Shown: piece by piece, positions 41,159 through 53,367 of the stretch
Numbering within the stretch: position 1 is the stretch's first letter
Layout of the letters: each line of letters starts with the position of its first letter
Assembly: GCA_963777605.1 (NCBI GenBank)
Contig: CAVZRV010000030.1
Span: 384,001 to 448,000 of the forward strand
Source of the DNA: an uncultured Acidobacteriota bacterium
GTDB lineage: Bacteria > Acidobacteriota > UBA6911 > RPQK01 > JAPXNP01
Direction of reading: 5' to 3'
Length of the DNA: 64,000 nt
Translations under genes and position numbers: made by a program
Notes under the pieces: model-generated
The model's input: only the letters and a program-made list of their open reading frames with translations
Databases searched by the model: none
What the model was told of the DNA's origin: nothing

Positions 41159-41317
41159 AGGGTTTCTTGAATCGCATCGGCTCTCCCGGCAATTTTCGGT
41201 CGCTGGTTTCGGCAAGCTTCCAATTCTAGATTGAATTCAACTTCCCGGCCGGCCCGGCGGTTACAGCAAGAGATATGAGGACGAGCCACCATCCGAGATG
41301 GAGAAAACGCAAGTTAT

Positions 41318-44300
41318 TCAGCCAAATTGGGTTCTGAGACGCTCGCCTCTCCAACTTCGATCGACTTCTACAACCCGGGACAACTCCTTGAACCGACACA
41401 GGCCGTTGACGAGCTTCATCTGATCGATGGTTCGGCAGTTGACGTCGAGAAGCTTCGGATTAGCCACCAGGACCGCCACGCACTTGGCGCGCGAGACGGC
41501 CACGTTGAGCCGGTTACGGCTAACAGAAAGTCGATCGTCCGCGGGACCTCTTCCCCGGTCGACGTCGCCATGCTGAAAAAGACGATCGGCGCCTCCTGTC
41601 CCTGAAACTTGTCTACCGTGCCCGCCTGAACGTCCCCCAAACCTCTTCTGGACAGTTCAATTCCAAGCAGCCGAACCTGGGCATTGTACGGGGTGACCAC
41701 TTTGATGTCGGCTTGGGATAAAGGTCGCGAAATCGCTCTCGACTCGATCCAGTTCCAGGTGGTCACTGAGCCGCCACTGAGCAGTCCTCAATCGAGTCGG
41801 CGATGAGGCGGACTTCTTCCGGGTGAAGACGAGAGTTCCCGTCATGATCGACGGGAATGAAACGCAGACCGGTTCCAGCGAGCGGACTGGACGGGTTGTC
41901 GATTCTTGACGCGCAAGTTCCGGCTCCGATTCGAGTCTGCCGTCGTAAACGACTTCGGAAATGAACCGGCAGACATCGGGATGGAGCCGCCGTGTCTTCT
42001 CGAGGAAGATGCCCTGTTCCGGCGGTACGGTCAAGGGCATCTCCCAGGAGATGCTCGAGAACCGAGACGCCGCATCCAGGCGGATGGGTTCCCTGGGAAA
42101 CCTGAGCGAGCTGAAGCGGGTCTCCCAGCAGGATCACCGAATCCGCCGCGGTCGTGACCGCCAGAGCCGTGGCGAGTGCCATTTGGCCGGCTTCATCGAT
42201 CACGAGGAAATCGACCTCCAGTGGATCGTTCTTGGGGCAGAAGCACCAGGGCGTCCCGCCAACCAAGCTCACCCCGGGATCGGTCAGATCCAGTCTCTTC
42301 CTCCCGGCATGTCAGCCGACTTCGAGTCGAAGATCAGGGTCTCGTCGAGTGGAGACACGTAGGGGTCACCGGTTCCCCGATTTCTTCAAACCCAGAAACT
42401 GAACTCCCGCCCGCTCTGCCTGTCGCTCGACTTCGTGCAGGAGGTTGTCGATTGCCTTGTGGCTGGTCGCACAGACGCCGACGCGCCGGCCGTCTTCAAT
42501 CAGCCGGAGAATAATCTGCGCCCCCCTATAGGTCTTTCCGGAACCGGGGGGACCCTGGATGAACAGAGCGGAACGCTCGAGGCGCATCGATAGCTCGACG
42601 ATCTCCTCGACGGTCAGATGCCCCTCCTGAATCCGAGCGCCCGGCTCCAGCCCGGAATACGAGGTCTCCGACGCAGAAGGATGTCGCGCCCGGCTTCATA
42701 CTCGACCGATTCGAGGCCCTGATCGACGACCGCCTGCGCAAAGGTTCGAAGCACACTTCGAATCTGATGGGTGTTGAAGGGCCCGCCCGGTATCACAGCC
42801 CGGGGGGGCGGGTTACCCTCGAACTTTGGGCCCCGCTTCAGTTCGATGAGTCCTTCGTTGTCGTCGAGGGCTGCGACCGTCCCGCCATCCAGGATGCGCC
42901 CCTGGTCATCACGCAACTCCGGGTCCTTCACCTGTTGTCCGATCGAAAGCTTGTGCTCCTGAGGCGGGAAGCGGAACTGGGTTACGGTGGACCGCTTCTC
43001 TGGTCGTTCCACGCCCGTTGGTTCCAGCAGCCCAATGGCGTCCCGGTCCTCGACCAGTTCCTCCGGCGTCTTCGTCGCGCGATTAAGAGTTCCCACCAGG
43101 CCGGTTTCTCATCCCGGCGATGATAGTGAAGCAGGTGAGAGAGGATCCATCGGGCGTGTTCTTCACTCGAGCGTCTTCTGGTTCTTCAGGAAGTCCCGAC
43201 AGCAGCGCGGCTGAGAGCGGGTCACCCTCGACTCTCTCCTGCTCGATTTCCTCGGTCGTCTTCTCCGGTTCCCGCGCCTCGAGCCACGGCAGTTCTCTTT
43301 ACCCAGCTGACGTTCCAGCTCGGCCCGCAACCTCAACAGCCAACTTTGCAGCCCAATCAGGGAATCGCAGTCTTCCCGGTTATAGTCTTCGATCTCCTGG
43401 AGCTTGCTGGGATCCTGCGAGATGAGCCAGTCTTCGTAGGCAACGATCGCGCCTCCGGCATCGATCACCCCCTCGGACTCGCGATCCATGTAAAACGTCT
43501 CGACCTTCTTGAGCGAGTAACTCGGGTGGGAGATTCGGATCGACTGCCGGACCACGCTCAATAGATCGACAAAAGCCTCGGCACGAAGCAGATCATCCAC
43601 TCCTGCTCCCGGCTCCCGTACCTCCCCATCAACTGCTTGAGCGCCAGGACATCAGCTGGCCCGTAGTGGTAAATGTGGGCCTCCGGGCACTCCAGCCTGC
43701 GCTCGAGAATGAAATCGATGACCGCTTCGAACGCCCGCTGCTCCTGGTGTTCATCATGGGCCCACCAACTTCTATATTGAAGGTGATCCTTGGAATCTCT
43801 CGAAGAGATCCCGAACAGGTAGGTGAGCTCGATGAACGGATCGCTTTCGACATCAAAGAACAGATCTCCAACCGCCGCTTTGGGAAGGCGTTGGAAGCCC
43901 CGCCGATCCTCCGGCTCAAGGAACTCGTATCGATGGCGGCCGTCCCGTCGCTGCTCGAGTTGAAGCCGAGCCTGATTGGCCAACTTCTCAAATGTTGTGG
44001 GGGCGAGCTCCGGGATCCGGGATCTCGAGAGCGGACTGACCAAGCGAGGTCAATGTGGAAATGCCCGCCGCCTCGAGCCGCTTGACCTGGTCTCGCCGAA
44101 TCCCCCCGACCAGGCAGAGGTCATCATCGGTAACCCAGCCGCGGTAGCAGTAAAGGTTCCACTCGCACAGCCCGCAGAACTCGACGGGGTATCCACGTGT
44201 CTTATCTCTCTGTTCCATCCCCGCGGCGAATCGTGCGCTGATGTGTCGAATGTAGGCCGCAAGGGCATCGCGGTGGATCGTCTGCCGGCTTCCATCTCCC

Positions 44301-44821
44301 AGAATCACGTGCATCCGCTCGGTGACCAGGCCTTGCAGATCATCGAGCAGCTCGCAGTACACTCCCAATTGCAGAATGACATGGGGATGGACCCTTCGGG
44401 CAAGCTTGGTGTCCACGATCTCGTAGCCCCAACTCCCAAAACGGGTTGGGCCGATCTCGGCCCGTTCCAGGATGTCGGCAAATCCGGCCCAGGTCTGGTC
44501 TCCCAGGAAGGCCTGAACGATGGCGTCGGCACCTTCCCGCATAGCCGCGGCCGAGAGCTCGCGGGCCTCCAAAAACGAGACTTGAGGGGGCCGGGGAATT
44601 TCGACAACGCGTTTCCCCTGATCAATCAGCAGCTGAACGTATTTTCGCTCGTGCTCGGTACCGCGCCTGACCAGGAGTTCCAGGTGAGCCGACGTTCGTT
44701 TGGGGACCTCGGTGAGTTCTCCGAGCGTGGCCTTGCGGCGAAGCGTCAGCGCGTGCTCGCAGCGCAGATAGGTCGCCAGGTCCGTCGGGGAAAAGGTCCA
44801 GGCTCCGTCATCAAAGCGCAT
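41318..44821 (-). pseudogene. TM0106-family RecB-like nuclease / RNase H-like / SF1 helicase fusion, multiple frameshifts
   Basis: FSPTDL..YLRCEH, GFADIL...YEIVDTKL, FFDVE, YSLKKVE, YNREDC, QGPPGSGKT, IDEAGQ, LGDPLQL, TPYNAQ, GTVDKFQGQEA, SRAK. Confidence 0.88.
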
Positions 44822-45187
44822 ACCAGGATTCTGGACGAATCGAGCCTCAATTTACAGGCTTGCGGAGTAGACTGATCTCCAGACAACGACAAAGGTCCCC
44901 GGTGTCAACTACATTTCCCTACCCCGGGGAAATGTCATCGTCGTCGAGCAGATTGCGGCTATTGCCGGTTCGAACCCCAATTGGTGCGTTCTTCCGTGCT
45001 AGCCGCAACCTCAGCGATGTCAACTACATGAGCTGCAGTTGTCGTCGAGTAGCAGCCAGGAGGGGCTTGATAGACACGGATCGAAGCGTTCATGAGAGTC
45101 GCGCCACGCAAAGTCGTCGCACAGTGCAAGCGGGGCTTAGGCAATCGTAGGATACTCTCGTTACAATTAGTTCCGTTGCGGAGGGAT

Positions 45188-45819
45188 ATGTCTACATTGC
45201 CGGTAGGGGAGATTTACCTCTTTGAAAAGTTCTGACCTCGTAAATCTTGTTGCATTTTTCTTTAACGACATCATCGGGATGCTCGTTCCTGGTCTGCTTC
45301 TGTTTCAGTGTCGCTTGGATGATGGCTGGATGTACGATCCCTGACGCGCCTACCGGAATTTGGCTCTGGGTTTCTGTGGCCCTGTCGTACTTAGTCGGAC
45401 ACCTGGTGCTGAGCTTTAACGAATCTGTAGTGAAGAAGTTCATTCTAAACAAGAGAGAACAAGCGAGGGTCGGACAGAACCCGGAACGATGCAGCATTCG
45501 AGCGGTTCGTTGATTTCACCACTACCCGGTGGTCTCTGCCGGGGATCCGTCGTTCGAAGAGTTCAGGAATTTGGCCATGTCGGTTTCATCCGAAGCGGCA
45601 GACTTGGCGCGTAGGTTCATGTTTACGGCACTCCTGTGTTTTGGATCAGCGATTGCCTCGATTGCCCTGGTTTCTCTCTTTACGCTTCTTTTTTGGACTT
45701 CTTCCCTCCCAGTCGGTGTCACTTGCCGCTCTTGGCTGCTGTGGTTGCTATTTGGTTTGGGCTCATCGGTGTTGCTCGATGCCTCCGCGGCTGGGAATTT
45801 GAGCGGCGAGCCCTTCTAA
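45188..45819 (+). CDS. Hypothetical membrane protein (frameshifted, low GC)
   Basis: FFFNDIIGMLVPG; hydrophobic segments VALSYLVGHLV and ARRFMFTALLCFGSAIA across frames. Confidence 0.45.
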
Positions 45820-45879
45820 ACCCCATTTTCAGTTGCTTTAGCTAAACATTCCGAAAGATTATACAGTCCCAGAGGATTG

Positions 45880-46283
45880 GGCACGTCGGTATATCTGGCG
45901 GGGAGGACTTTCGGGAAGAATGGGTGGGCAAGATAGAGGTGATCACCGCTCTTCCTGGTCTGCGGTTTCTTGATCCCAGGGTGCACAATCTTGCTGAACC
46001 AAAGGATTATACGGAGTGGGACCTCACTGCGATCGAGAATTGTGACTTCGTACTCGGGTACATGGAACAGTCGAATCCAGGCGGGTATAGCCTTGCGCTC
46101 GAGGTAGGCTATGCGGCTGCCCTTGGAAAGAAGGTCATTCTAGTCTTGGAACCCTCGCCGGAAGGTGGCCGAGATTACTACTTCGAGATGGTGCGGCAGG
46201 TTTCTGACCAGTGCTTCGACACCTTGACTCTTGGTATCGAGGGTCTGAAGCGGGCCGTCGAGGACGCATCGAGAACAATGTAG
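45880..46283 (+). CDS. Nucleoside 2-deoxyribosyltransferase-like protein (5' end frameshifted)
   Basis: VYLAG upstream; FLDPR, WDLTAIENCDFVLGY, LALEVGYAAALGKKVILV. Confidence 0.75.
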
Positions 46284-46362
46284 ATCGACACGGAGCCATA
46301 GAATATCGTCTCGAACGAGAGACCACGGCCGGCAAATCTCTTGAAAGTGACTGCTAAATCCC

Positions 46363-46835
46363 ATGGATATTGAACTAGTGCACAACCTCGACCCAAAGAA
46401 ATTCGTCTGGCTCTGGATGAAGTACGTGCGGGGCACCAACCTCGCGCACCACTGCACGAACTCGCTCCGGGGCCCCTACAGCAAGATCCTCAGCAAGCAC
46501 AATCCGGAACTCCCCGGACACCCCGGCTCGTCCTGAACGAGCAACCCTGGGGCAGCTTCGAAGCCCTCTACATCTGCGGCGTCGCTCAGGAGGGCTACCG
46601 GCAGAAAACGAACTACCCCCACAACCTCCACGCCGCCATCTTCCCTGCCCCGGGAATGCGGGATGTTCTGCGGTTTGAGAATTGGGAACTAAAGGTGGAA
46701 CACGGCAAGTTCTTCCCTATCCCGGGTGAAGACTCACTCCCGCCGGAACTGGCGCGGCTGGATCCGGAATTCACCACCTGCAGGATCTTCCGCTTCGCGG
46801 TTGCGCTGGACCGGATGAAACGGACGGTTCACTGA
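46363..46835 (+). CDS. Hypothetical protein missed by the ORF track (one frameshift near 46515)
   Basis: MDIELVHNLDPKKFVWLWMKYVRG...HCTNSLRG then YICGVAQEGY...NLHAA...CRIFRFAV; strong GC3 codon bias. Confidence 0.55.
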
Positions 46836-46942
46836 AACTGATTCGGTTCGATCCACTGGGCACGGTCGTGCCGCAATCGGTCTAGGGCCTATCCCTCCGC
46901 AACTGTGCTCGTTCCAACTGCGGCGGCCTCAAAGGAAAGGAC

Positions 46943-48939
46943 CTAACAACTCCGGCGAAGTTGATGGCCGCGGATTTCGAGTCCTTTTAACTCCAGGATC
47001 TGCTCCCAAAGGGCTTTGTCTGGACCGTAATCCTCGAACTCGAGCAGTCCCGCCTTCTTCTCGGCAGCGGTGAGCTTGGAAAAGAGCTTGTGTTTCGGGT
47101 GATCCGATGACAGGTAGGCGTCCTTCTCGTAGAGGAGCTGCACCCGCTCCTGTGTCGAGTAGTCAAAGACCTCTACCTCTTGGGTCCTCAGCAGGATCTT
47201 GATCCGGAGCCTCAGTTCCGGGTGGGCTTTCTTCCAGAAGTCGTCATAGAACATTAGAGAGAGCTTCCCCGTTCCCTTGTGGACCTTGATCAAGTCGGCC
47301 TCCTCAACCCCGCCGTAGAGGATCGATGCGCAGCCGACGTAAACGCGCAGCAGCGCCGGCAGTTGAGGCAAGTAGGAACTGTGGAACTGGAGGAACTCGG
47401 CGTCGTTCTTACCGAACAGCACTTCCGCGCAGGCCTCCTCGATCCGTTCCGGATTGGCCGCCTTCAGCAGAGTCTGGTAAGCCTCTTGCTCCAGATGGAG
47501 TAGTTCCCAAAAATCGCCTTGATGTCATATTGCAGCGACTCGGGAAGCATCGTGAACGGGATCCGTTTCTTGAAGTGGGCCATGCAGAAATAGACCAGTA
47601 GGTCTTCGGCCCGCCGATTCCGGGACTCCTCCAAAGCTTCCAGGTCGAACTTCTCGCCAAGGATTTGCAGCGCCTTCGGCAGGGAGCCAGCCGCTCGACG
47701 GATCTCGTCAAAATGTTCGAATTCGCTCTTTCGTGGGACCCGCCCAACTCAAGACAGGTTTGCCAGAAACTATCGAACAGTCCCTGATGCTTCTGATACC
47801 GGGTCAGCTTCGGGAACGAAAACGGCTTCTTTCCGTTCGCGGGCAGCTGAGCTCCTTCCAGTCGATCTTTCGCTGAACGGACCGTGCGATGAACTCGTGC
47901 TTGAGGCTGTCACTCTTGAAGACGTAGAAGATACCCAAACTGACGGAGATCGCCTCCTCACCGAGCGTGCTCTCCAAGTAACGCTGCAGCTCGTCCTGAG
48001 CAAAGTACTTCTGAAAGGTGTTCCTGGAGGTCAGGATGCCGTCCCCAAACGGCCGAAAATCACCGTTTCGGGCGGCGCTGTCGTGCATGACGCTGACGAC
48101 CAAGAGCTCCTTTGCCAACTTCCACGCATCGCGCAAGGTTTGCGATCGCTCTTTCGGGTCCTCAATGATGTTGAGGACAAAACCGAGATTGACGATCTCC
48201 GCTTCCTGACGGGGTTCGTCCGGGGCGTAATAAGGATCCCAGCCGGAGGCCTCAAACCCTGCTTTCCTCAGAGCGCGGACATCGTCACCCTGACCGCATC
48301 CGTAGTCGAAAAGACGTTTCCCGTCCAAGAGCCCGTGCGACAGCAATGCCTTCACCGGCCGCGAGGGCTCATATCGAACAATCGCCGTCCGATGGCGTGC
48401 GACACCTGTACGCCCGGCATCACGACCCGGCTCGGCTCCATCGTCTTCAATAAGCTGATGCCCCTCAATCCGAAGCCGCATCCGCTTGAAAAGCCGCTCC
48501 CACTCCCGCCGAAATCCGATCTTGCTGGGGTACTCAAACAGCCCGGCCTCCTCCTCGGCTTGGGTCAATTTTCGAAACGTCTCATAGAGGGGATAGTCCG
48601 TCCCCACAAGCGTCTCTTTGCGATGGAGGATCGGCGGATTATGGGACTCTGAGAAATGAGTCAGCTCACTGCTGGCCCGTTTCCAAATCCACAAGAATCG
48701 AACGGACAAGCGGCGGATGTCTCGGTGTCGAAGGTAGGATAGTAGAGGTAAGAGATCCGATCGAGCGATCGAGGAATCTTGACAACGTTCGCGCCAGGAG
48801 TGTCCGGCCAGTTAGCGAGAACCGAGTCTCTGAGGGGAAGCGGGAGACTTTCGACGGTTCCGACGTGAAAGTAAATTGCGTCGCCAACCAGTTTCCCAAT
48901 ACCGATTTCAGAAAAGTTCACTGCTCTCTTCGGAGTCAT
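46943..48939 (-). pseudogene. DNA phosphorothioation-associated putative methyltransferase (TIGR04096-like), frameshifted
   Basis: NPPILHRKE, RHRTAIVR, FDYGCGQGDD, GWDPYY, VNLGFVLNIIED, TFQKYF, LRVYVGCA, ADLIKVH. Confidence 0.85.
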
Positions 48940-49073
48940 CCTACCGACAATCAGAATAACCGGATTAGCTGGTCAATTCTGCAATGAGTCTGCCTCTGAG
49001 ATCATGGCAATGGCCTGGGTGTGGGAGAGCCGGCAGAAACGCCCCCATGAGAACGGCGACGAGTATGTCGGTT

Positions 49074-52000
49074 CTATGGGGGAAGTTCTGAAGCCAACTT
49101 CAGGAATCTTCTCTTCGCGTTGGGCGGCAACCCCTGGAAACGTTCAAGAAGCCACTCCACCTCCAACGCTTGAAGTTGATTGGAAATGCTGTTTTTGACC
49201 TTCTCGAGGCGCGCGCGGTGCGGGTCGGTCAGCCACGCTGGGGGGCGCTGCGCCTTCTCATAAAGGCGATTGGCTTCCGCCACTTCGAGTTCTACGTCCT
49301 TCGCCGACTCGGCCTCAACCTGCTCAATCCAGGATTGGCTTTTGTCCTTACGGCTCCTTTCCTCCACCGCAGCAAACGTTGTCACCGTCTCGTCTGGTGC
49401 CCACGGCAGCTCGCCGTCAGCAAAATCCTCGACCGCAGCCTTCGCCAAGCGCTTTGAAAGCGATTCAAACTCAACCCAAGTCAGGCTCTCGCTTGCCAAT
49501 TCCGCAGCAGCATGACTGAAACTATTGAGAGCACGCCGCATCAGGCGGAGATCCTCCAAATCGGATTCAGACCCCTCAAAAACTCGGATAAGGTCATCGA
49601 TCTCATCGGATAGGGTCTGGATATCTTCTGGACTCTTAATGGATTGTTTCCAAAGCTTCTGGGCCCTCTTCAGCATCTCAGACTCCGTCGCTGACAGCTG
49701 AGACTGGAACTTGGATAATGCTTCGCGTGCTGTCACCACCTCCGGAAGATCTATTCGCCTGGCCATTCCCAAGACTTTGCCGGATAGGCTCTTGACCATT
49801 TCTCGGTAGCGCCTTATCTCCGTGATTCGAGTGATTCGGCTGACGGCTCCCTGCTGATCGAGCAACATCTGGACTTGTCTTAGGAGGTCGTGGGCGTCAG
49901 CCGCCGTTTGAGCGTTCTTGATCAAGAAATCAACACGCTTCTCCAGAAGTACCAGCTGGTCAGGAAGCTCCAAGGCTTTTAGGTTTCTACCGGTCCGATC
50001 GAGCATCTTGTGTTTGAACTCGCCAATTTGGTCAATTCCTTCTCCTTTCGGCCGTTGTCTGCTCAGCCACTCCGGAAAGGCCAAGATGATCGTTTGCCGC
50101 GCACGCAGAATCTGCGGCTCGAGTTTGTCGATCTGACCCTCGTCCCAACTTGAACCCTCATTGGCCATCCGGTTTCTGAGCTCAGCAAGTTGAGCCCCAC
50201 CCCAAATTATCAGCCCGACATCTCCCCGCGTCTGCCCAGCTTCGATCTTCTCCAGGGCGGCACTGTGCTGAGCCTCGTTCTGCTCTAAGCGTTCACAAGC
50301 TTTCCTCGCGACCTGCTCGAGCGTCACGAGCCGATAGCCTAAGGAAGGCGGCACCGGTCGGCGGCGTTTCAACTGGTCGGCTTTGTTCAGGAATTGCTCC
50401 TGTTCCAAATATGTCTCCGTTTCCTCCCAAGCCTCAATCAGCTCTTCCCACTCGGAACTCCCCTCGCCCAGAAACACCAGCTCGTCTTGAGAGATGGCAT
50501 CCAAATCGAGAAACTTTCCGCGGAACGGACTTGTCTGAAGCCACTCACTGACCGACAGCTGTCTGCCGCCCCTTGCCACCAACAACTTCTCCACCCGGGG
50601 TGCTACGTAGGAAGAGAGAAGTAGGCCTGCAGATGCGAGGTTCGCACCAAAGGGCGGGTTGCACACTTCTCTCAATGCACTAGAAATTCCGAGGCGTTGT
50701 TCGCCAGTCTTGAGGGCATGATCCCACAATTGATAAGCCGCGCGAGCTCGATCCAACACCGGTTTGTTCGCGACATTCCCGTCGCGGGTGAAAATCCCCC
50801 AGGCGTCCTTCAGGACTGAAACAGCGCGATTCTTTACCTTCACAGGCTTGGCCAGGACGACATCGTAGTCGAGCTTGCCCTGAAAAAGCTCGGTCGTTAG
50901 TTGTAAACAGGAATCTGCCGCATTACCACGGGCGGTCGCGAACCCATCAAATGGAAACGGGATGGGCTTCTTGTAGATCGCTTCGAACACGCTCGTCGCC
51001 ATCTGGGCCAGCCGGCCGCCCCCTGCATCGTCGCCTAATGGAGAAATGTATTGACGTTTTCTCAACTGGCTGTCGACGTGGCTGACCAGTAGCTCTCGGT
51101 CTTTCATCTTTTGAGCGTCAACCAGATTTCCGAAACGCGCCTTTTGCTCTTCCGTCAACGAATCTCTGAGTACCTCAAGTTGGGCAAGAAGATCCCCAAT
51201 CTTGCCGTCTTCATCGAAGATCATCACGATGAAGACCGGAAATCGTGTTCCGTTACGTCCACTGACAAGCGATTTTAGGCTCTTCCGAGCGGCTGCCGTC
51301 GCCGTCTCCGGGTTGCGACTCCGTTCAACTAAGCAGAAAATGGCCGTCCCTCGAGGCTCATCCACAGCAACTGCGTTCTTCCATCGGTCCAATGCGAACG
51401 CGAGGTTTGTCGCCAAGTTGTCCAGGGTTGTGGTGACCGCCTGATAGCGCCACTCGCGGGTGGTAACTTGGTACTTCTCGGAGAAGTCGCAATCAAGGTC
51501 TCGTAAAGATTCACAGTAGTCTTGCACCCGAAGGGCAAAAAGTCCCACCTTGCTCTGCTCGTCGAAGCTGCCGGCCACCCTCTGATTGAGGAACGCCAGA
51601 AACTGTGATCGCGGAACCGCGTCGCCTATGATTTCAAACTTTTTGAGGGCATGATCCCACTCCAGTACGTTGAACTCCTCTTCGAGGGTTTGGATTGCCT
51701 GTTGGGCCTCAGCCGTGCTCAATCCAGCAAACTCCCCAAGCGTCCGAACCACACCCTCCCTGTTTATTGCACGAAGGCCGAGTTTGGATGTGAGAACGAC
51801 CGCCCGAAGAATTCGTCGGCCTTCGCGGGATAGCTGCGCCCCATGACGAGCTTCAACTGAGGAATAGGCATGCGCCACCGATCCTTCTTGACCGGTTTCC
51901 TCTGAGGAAAGCAACTCCTGTTTCAGGTCCTCTGACCAGAGATCGACCGGGACGAGACTCCAGTCTTCCTCTCCGTCAAGCTCCACGCCACTATAGTGCT

Positions 52001-53360
52001 CAAATACCGTCGAAAGCAGCGCCAGAGCCGAACGCTCCTGCAAGTGCTTCCCCCCCGTTGAAAGATGAAAAAGCAACCAGGTCGAATAACCAGATAGGGG
52101 CCAACATCCTTTGCGGACGACCTTGTGAAAACGCTCAGGGTCACTCCAAAGGGCATAATTCTCTGATTGCGGGAACGACAGGTGAAGATTCGCCAGGATA
52201 CTCTTCGATTTTGCTTTTGCCTGTGGAGAATCGAATAGCCTCTCGAGCCGCTCGGGATCGCGCTTTTCGATCAGGTGGGCAATCAGAGTCTCAAGATTAA
52301 TCGACAGATAAGAACGGCTCGAGGACTGAAACCGTGTCACATAGCGCAATATCTCGTTCCGGTATTCTGGGGCCACCCGCTGCACGTATGCGTTCAGCTC
52401 GAATTGGATAAATCCAACGAAAGTCACCGTTTCACTATGTGATTGGATCCCTTCAAATAAGTCCTGTAAGACACCACTGCCGGCAATCTGGCTACGATTC
52501 GTCGCGAACTCGGTGTAACGGCCAAATTCATCAAACAAGAACACGAGGCGACTGAATGGTTTCCCCTCTCCACAGTAGAGCCGAGCGACCGTCTCAATAA
52601 TGTCTTTCAGGGACTCTCCTCCGAGAACCCTAATTGGCATCCCCCGGCGCTGGAAGAACTCATGCACCTCCTGGTAGGTTGTTTCGTCTTGGCGATCCAG
52701 AGCACCAAGCAGTTCTTCAATCGTGTCCGAGCTACACTCTTGAAGCAAGTCGCCGAGGACTTTGTCGTTACTCAGTCGAACCAGGTTCAGTGCCTGCATG
52801 AATCGAGGTCGGAGTTCATCGAGCGGCTTCGTGTCCAGGTCATTCGCCCTTAATTGAGCGTGAGTCTGGCGCGACACTTCGGCATTCAAGTCAAAGTTGC
52901 GCATCCCATTAAGTGCAACAACCAGACAGGGGCGCGACTCCGTAGCCAGGAGAGACCGGACTTCTCTGCCGATTGCCAGGTCAGCGGCATCGAGACTTTT
53001 CAGCGCGAATTCAGCAGGTTCCGAAAGAGGATCACTGAGCAGATGAGCCAAGGTCACCGCGAGATGAGACTTGCCGGTTCCATAGCCGGCGATCGCCAAA
53101 GTAAAGGGGGCATCTTCTAGCCCAAAACAGCGTCTCAGAATTGCGCGGGTGAAACTTGCCGTATCTTGAAGCCGATGCCCATGTGACTCACCGATATCCT
53201 CCTGAGAGACGCCGTGATATGAAGGACCGTGAAATACAAACGCCTCCGCCGCTTTCGCAGACTTGTCACGATTTTCAAGAAACCAATCAATATTCACGGC
53301 ACCGTTGAAAAGGCGGTCGCCTCGAAACGTCACCACATCTGAGAGTCGAGTACCCATCAT
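49074..53360 (-). CDS. Large P-loop ATPase (SspC/BrxC-like), 1428 aa
   Basis: Walker A GYGTGKSH, Walker B LFDEFGRY, GCWPL, QERSAL; follows DUF4007-like gene. Confidence 0.75.
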   Translation of the reverse strand: MMGTRLSDVVTFRGDRLFNGAVNIDWFLENRDKSAKAAEAFVFHGPSYHGVSQEDIGESHGHRLQDTASFTRAILRRCFGLEDAPFTLAIAGYGTGKSHLAVTLAHLLSDPLSEPAEFALKSLDAADLAIGREVRSLLATESRPCLVVALNGMRNFDLNAEVSRQTHAQLRANDLDTKPLDELRPRFMQALNLVRLSNDKVLGDLLQECSSDTIEELLGALDRQDETTYQEVHEFFQRRGMPIRVLGGESLKDIIETVARLYCGEGKPFSRLVFLFDEFGRYTEFATNRSQIAGSGVLQDLFEGIQSHSETVTFVGFIQFELNAYVQRVAPEYRNEILRYVTRFQSSSRSYLSINLETLIAHLIEKRDPERLERLFDSPQAKAKSKSILANLHLSFPQSENYALWSDPERFHKVVRKGCWPLSGYSTWLLFHLSTGGKHLQERSALALLSTVFEHYSGVELDGEEDWSLVPVDLWSEDLKQELLSSEETGQEGSVAHAYSSVEARHGAQLSREGRRILRAVVLTSKLGLRAINREGVVRTLGEFAGLSTAEAQQAIQTLEEEFNVLEWDHALKKFEIIGDAVPRSQFLAFLNQRVAGSFDEQSKVGLFALRVQDYCESLRDLDCDFSEKYQVTTREWRYQAVTTTLDNLATNLAFALDRWKNAVAVDEPRGTAIFCLVERSRNPETATAAARKSLKSLVSGRNGTRFPVFIVMIFDEDGKIGDLLAQLEVLRDSLTEEQKARFGNLVDAQKMKDRELLVSHVDSQLRKRQYISPLGDDAGGGRLAQMATSVFEAIYKKPIPFPFDGFATARGNAADSCLQLTTELFQGKLDYDVVLAKPVKVKNRAVSVLKDAWGIFTRDGNVANKPVLDRARAAYQLWDHALKTGEQRLGISSALREVCNPPFGANLASAGLLLSSYVAPRVEKLLVARGGRQLSVSEWLQTSPFRGKFLDLDAISQDELVFLGEGSSEWEELIEAWEETETYLEQEQFLNKADQLKRRRPVPPSLGYRLVTLEQVARKACERLEQNEAQHSAALEKIEAGQTRGDVGLIIWGGAQLAELRNRMANEGSSWDEGQIDKLEPQILRARQTIILAFPEWLSRQRPKGEGIDQIGEFKHKMLDRTGRNLKALELPDQLVLLEKRVDFLIKNAQTAADAHDLLRQVQMLLDQQGAVSRITRITEIRRYREMVKSLSGKVLGMARRIDLPEVVTAREALSKFQSQLSATESEMLKRAQKLWKQSIKSPEDIQTLSDEIDDLIRVFEGSESDLEDLRLMRRALNSFSHAAAELASESLTWVEFESLSKRLAKAAVEDFADGELPWAPDETVTTFAAVEERSRKDKSQSWIEQVEAESAKDVELEVAEANRLYEKAQRPPAWLTDPHRARLEKVKNSISNQLQALEVEWLLERFQGLPPNAKRRFLKLASELPP

Positions 53361-53367
53361 CCTATTC

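Noticed and set aside
41318-44821. Cas4/CRISPR association of the RecB-like nuclease
   Set aside because: No cas1/cas2 or array in the window; the architecture fits stand-alone TM0106 nuclease-helicases.
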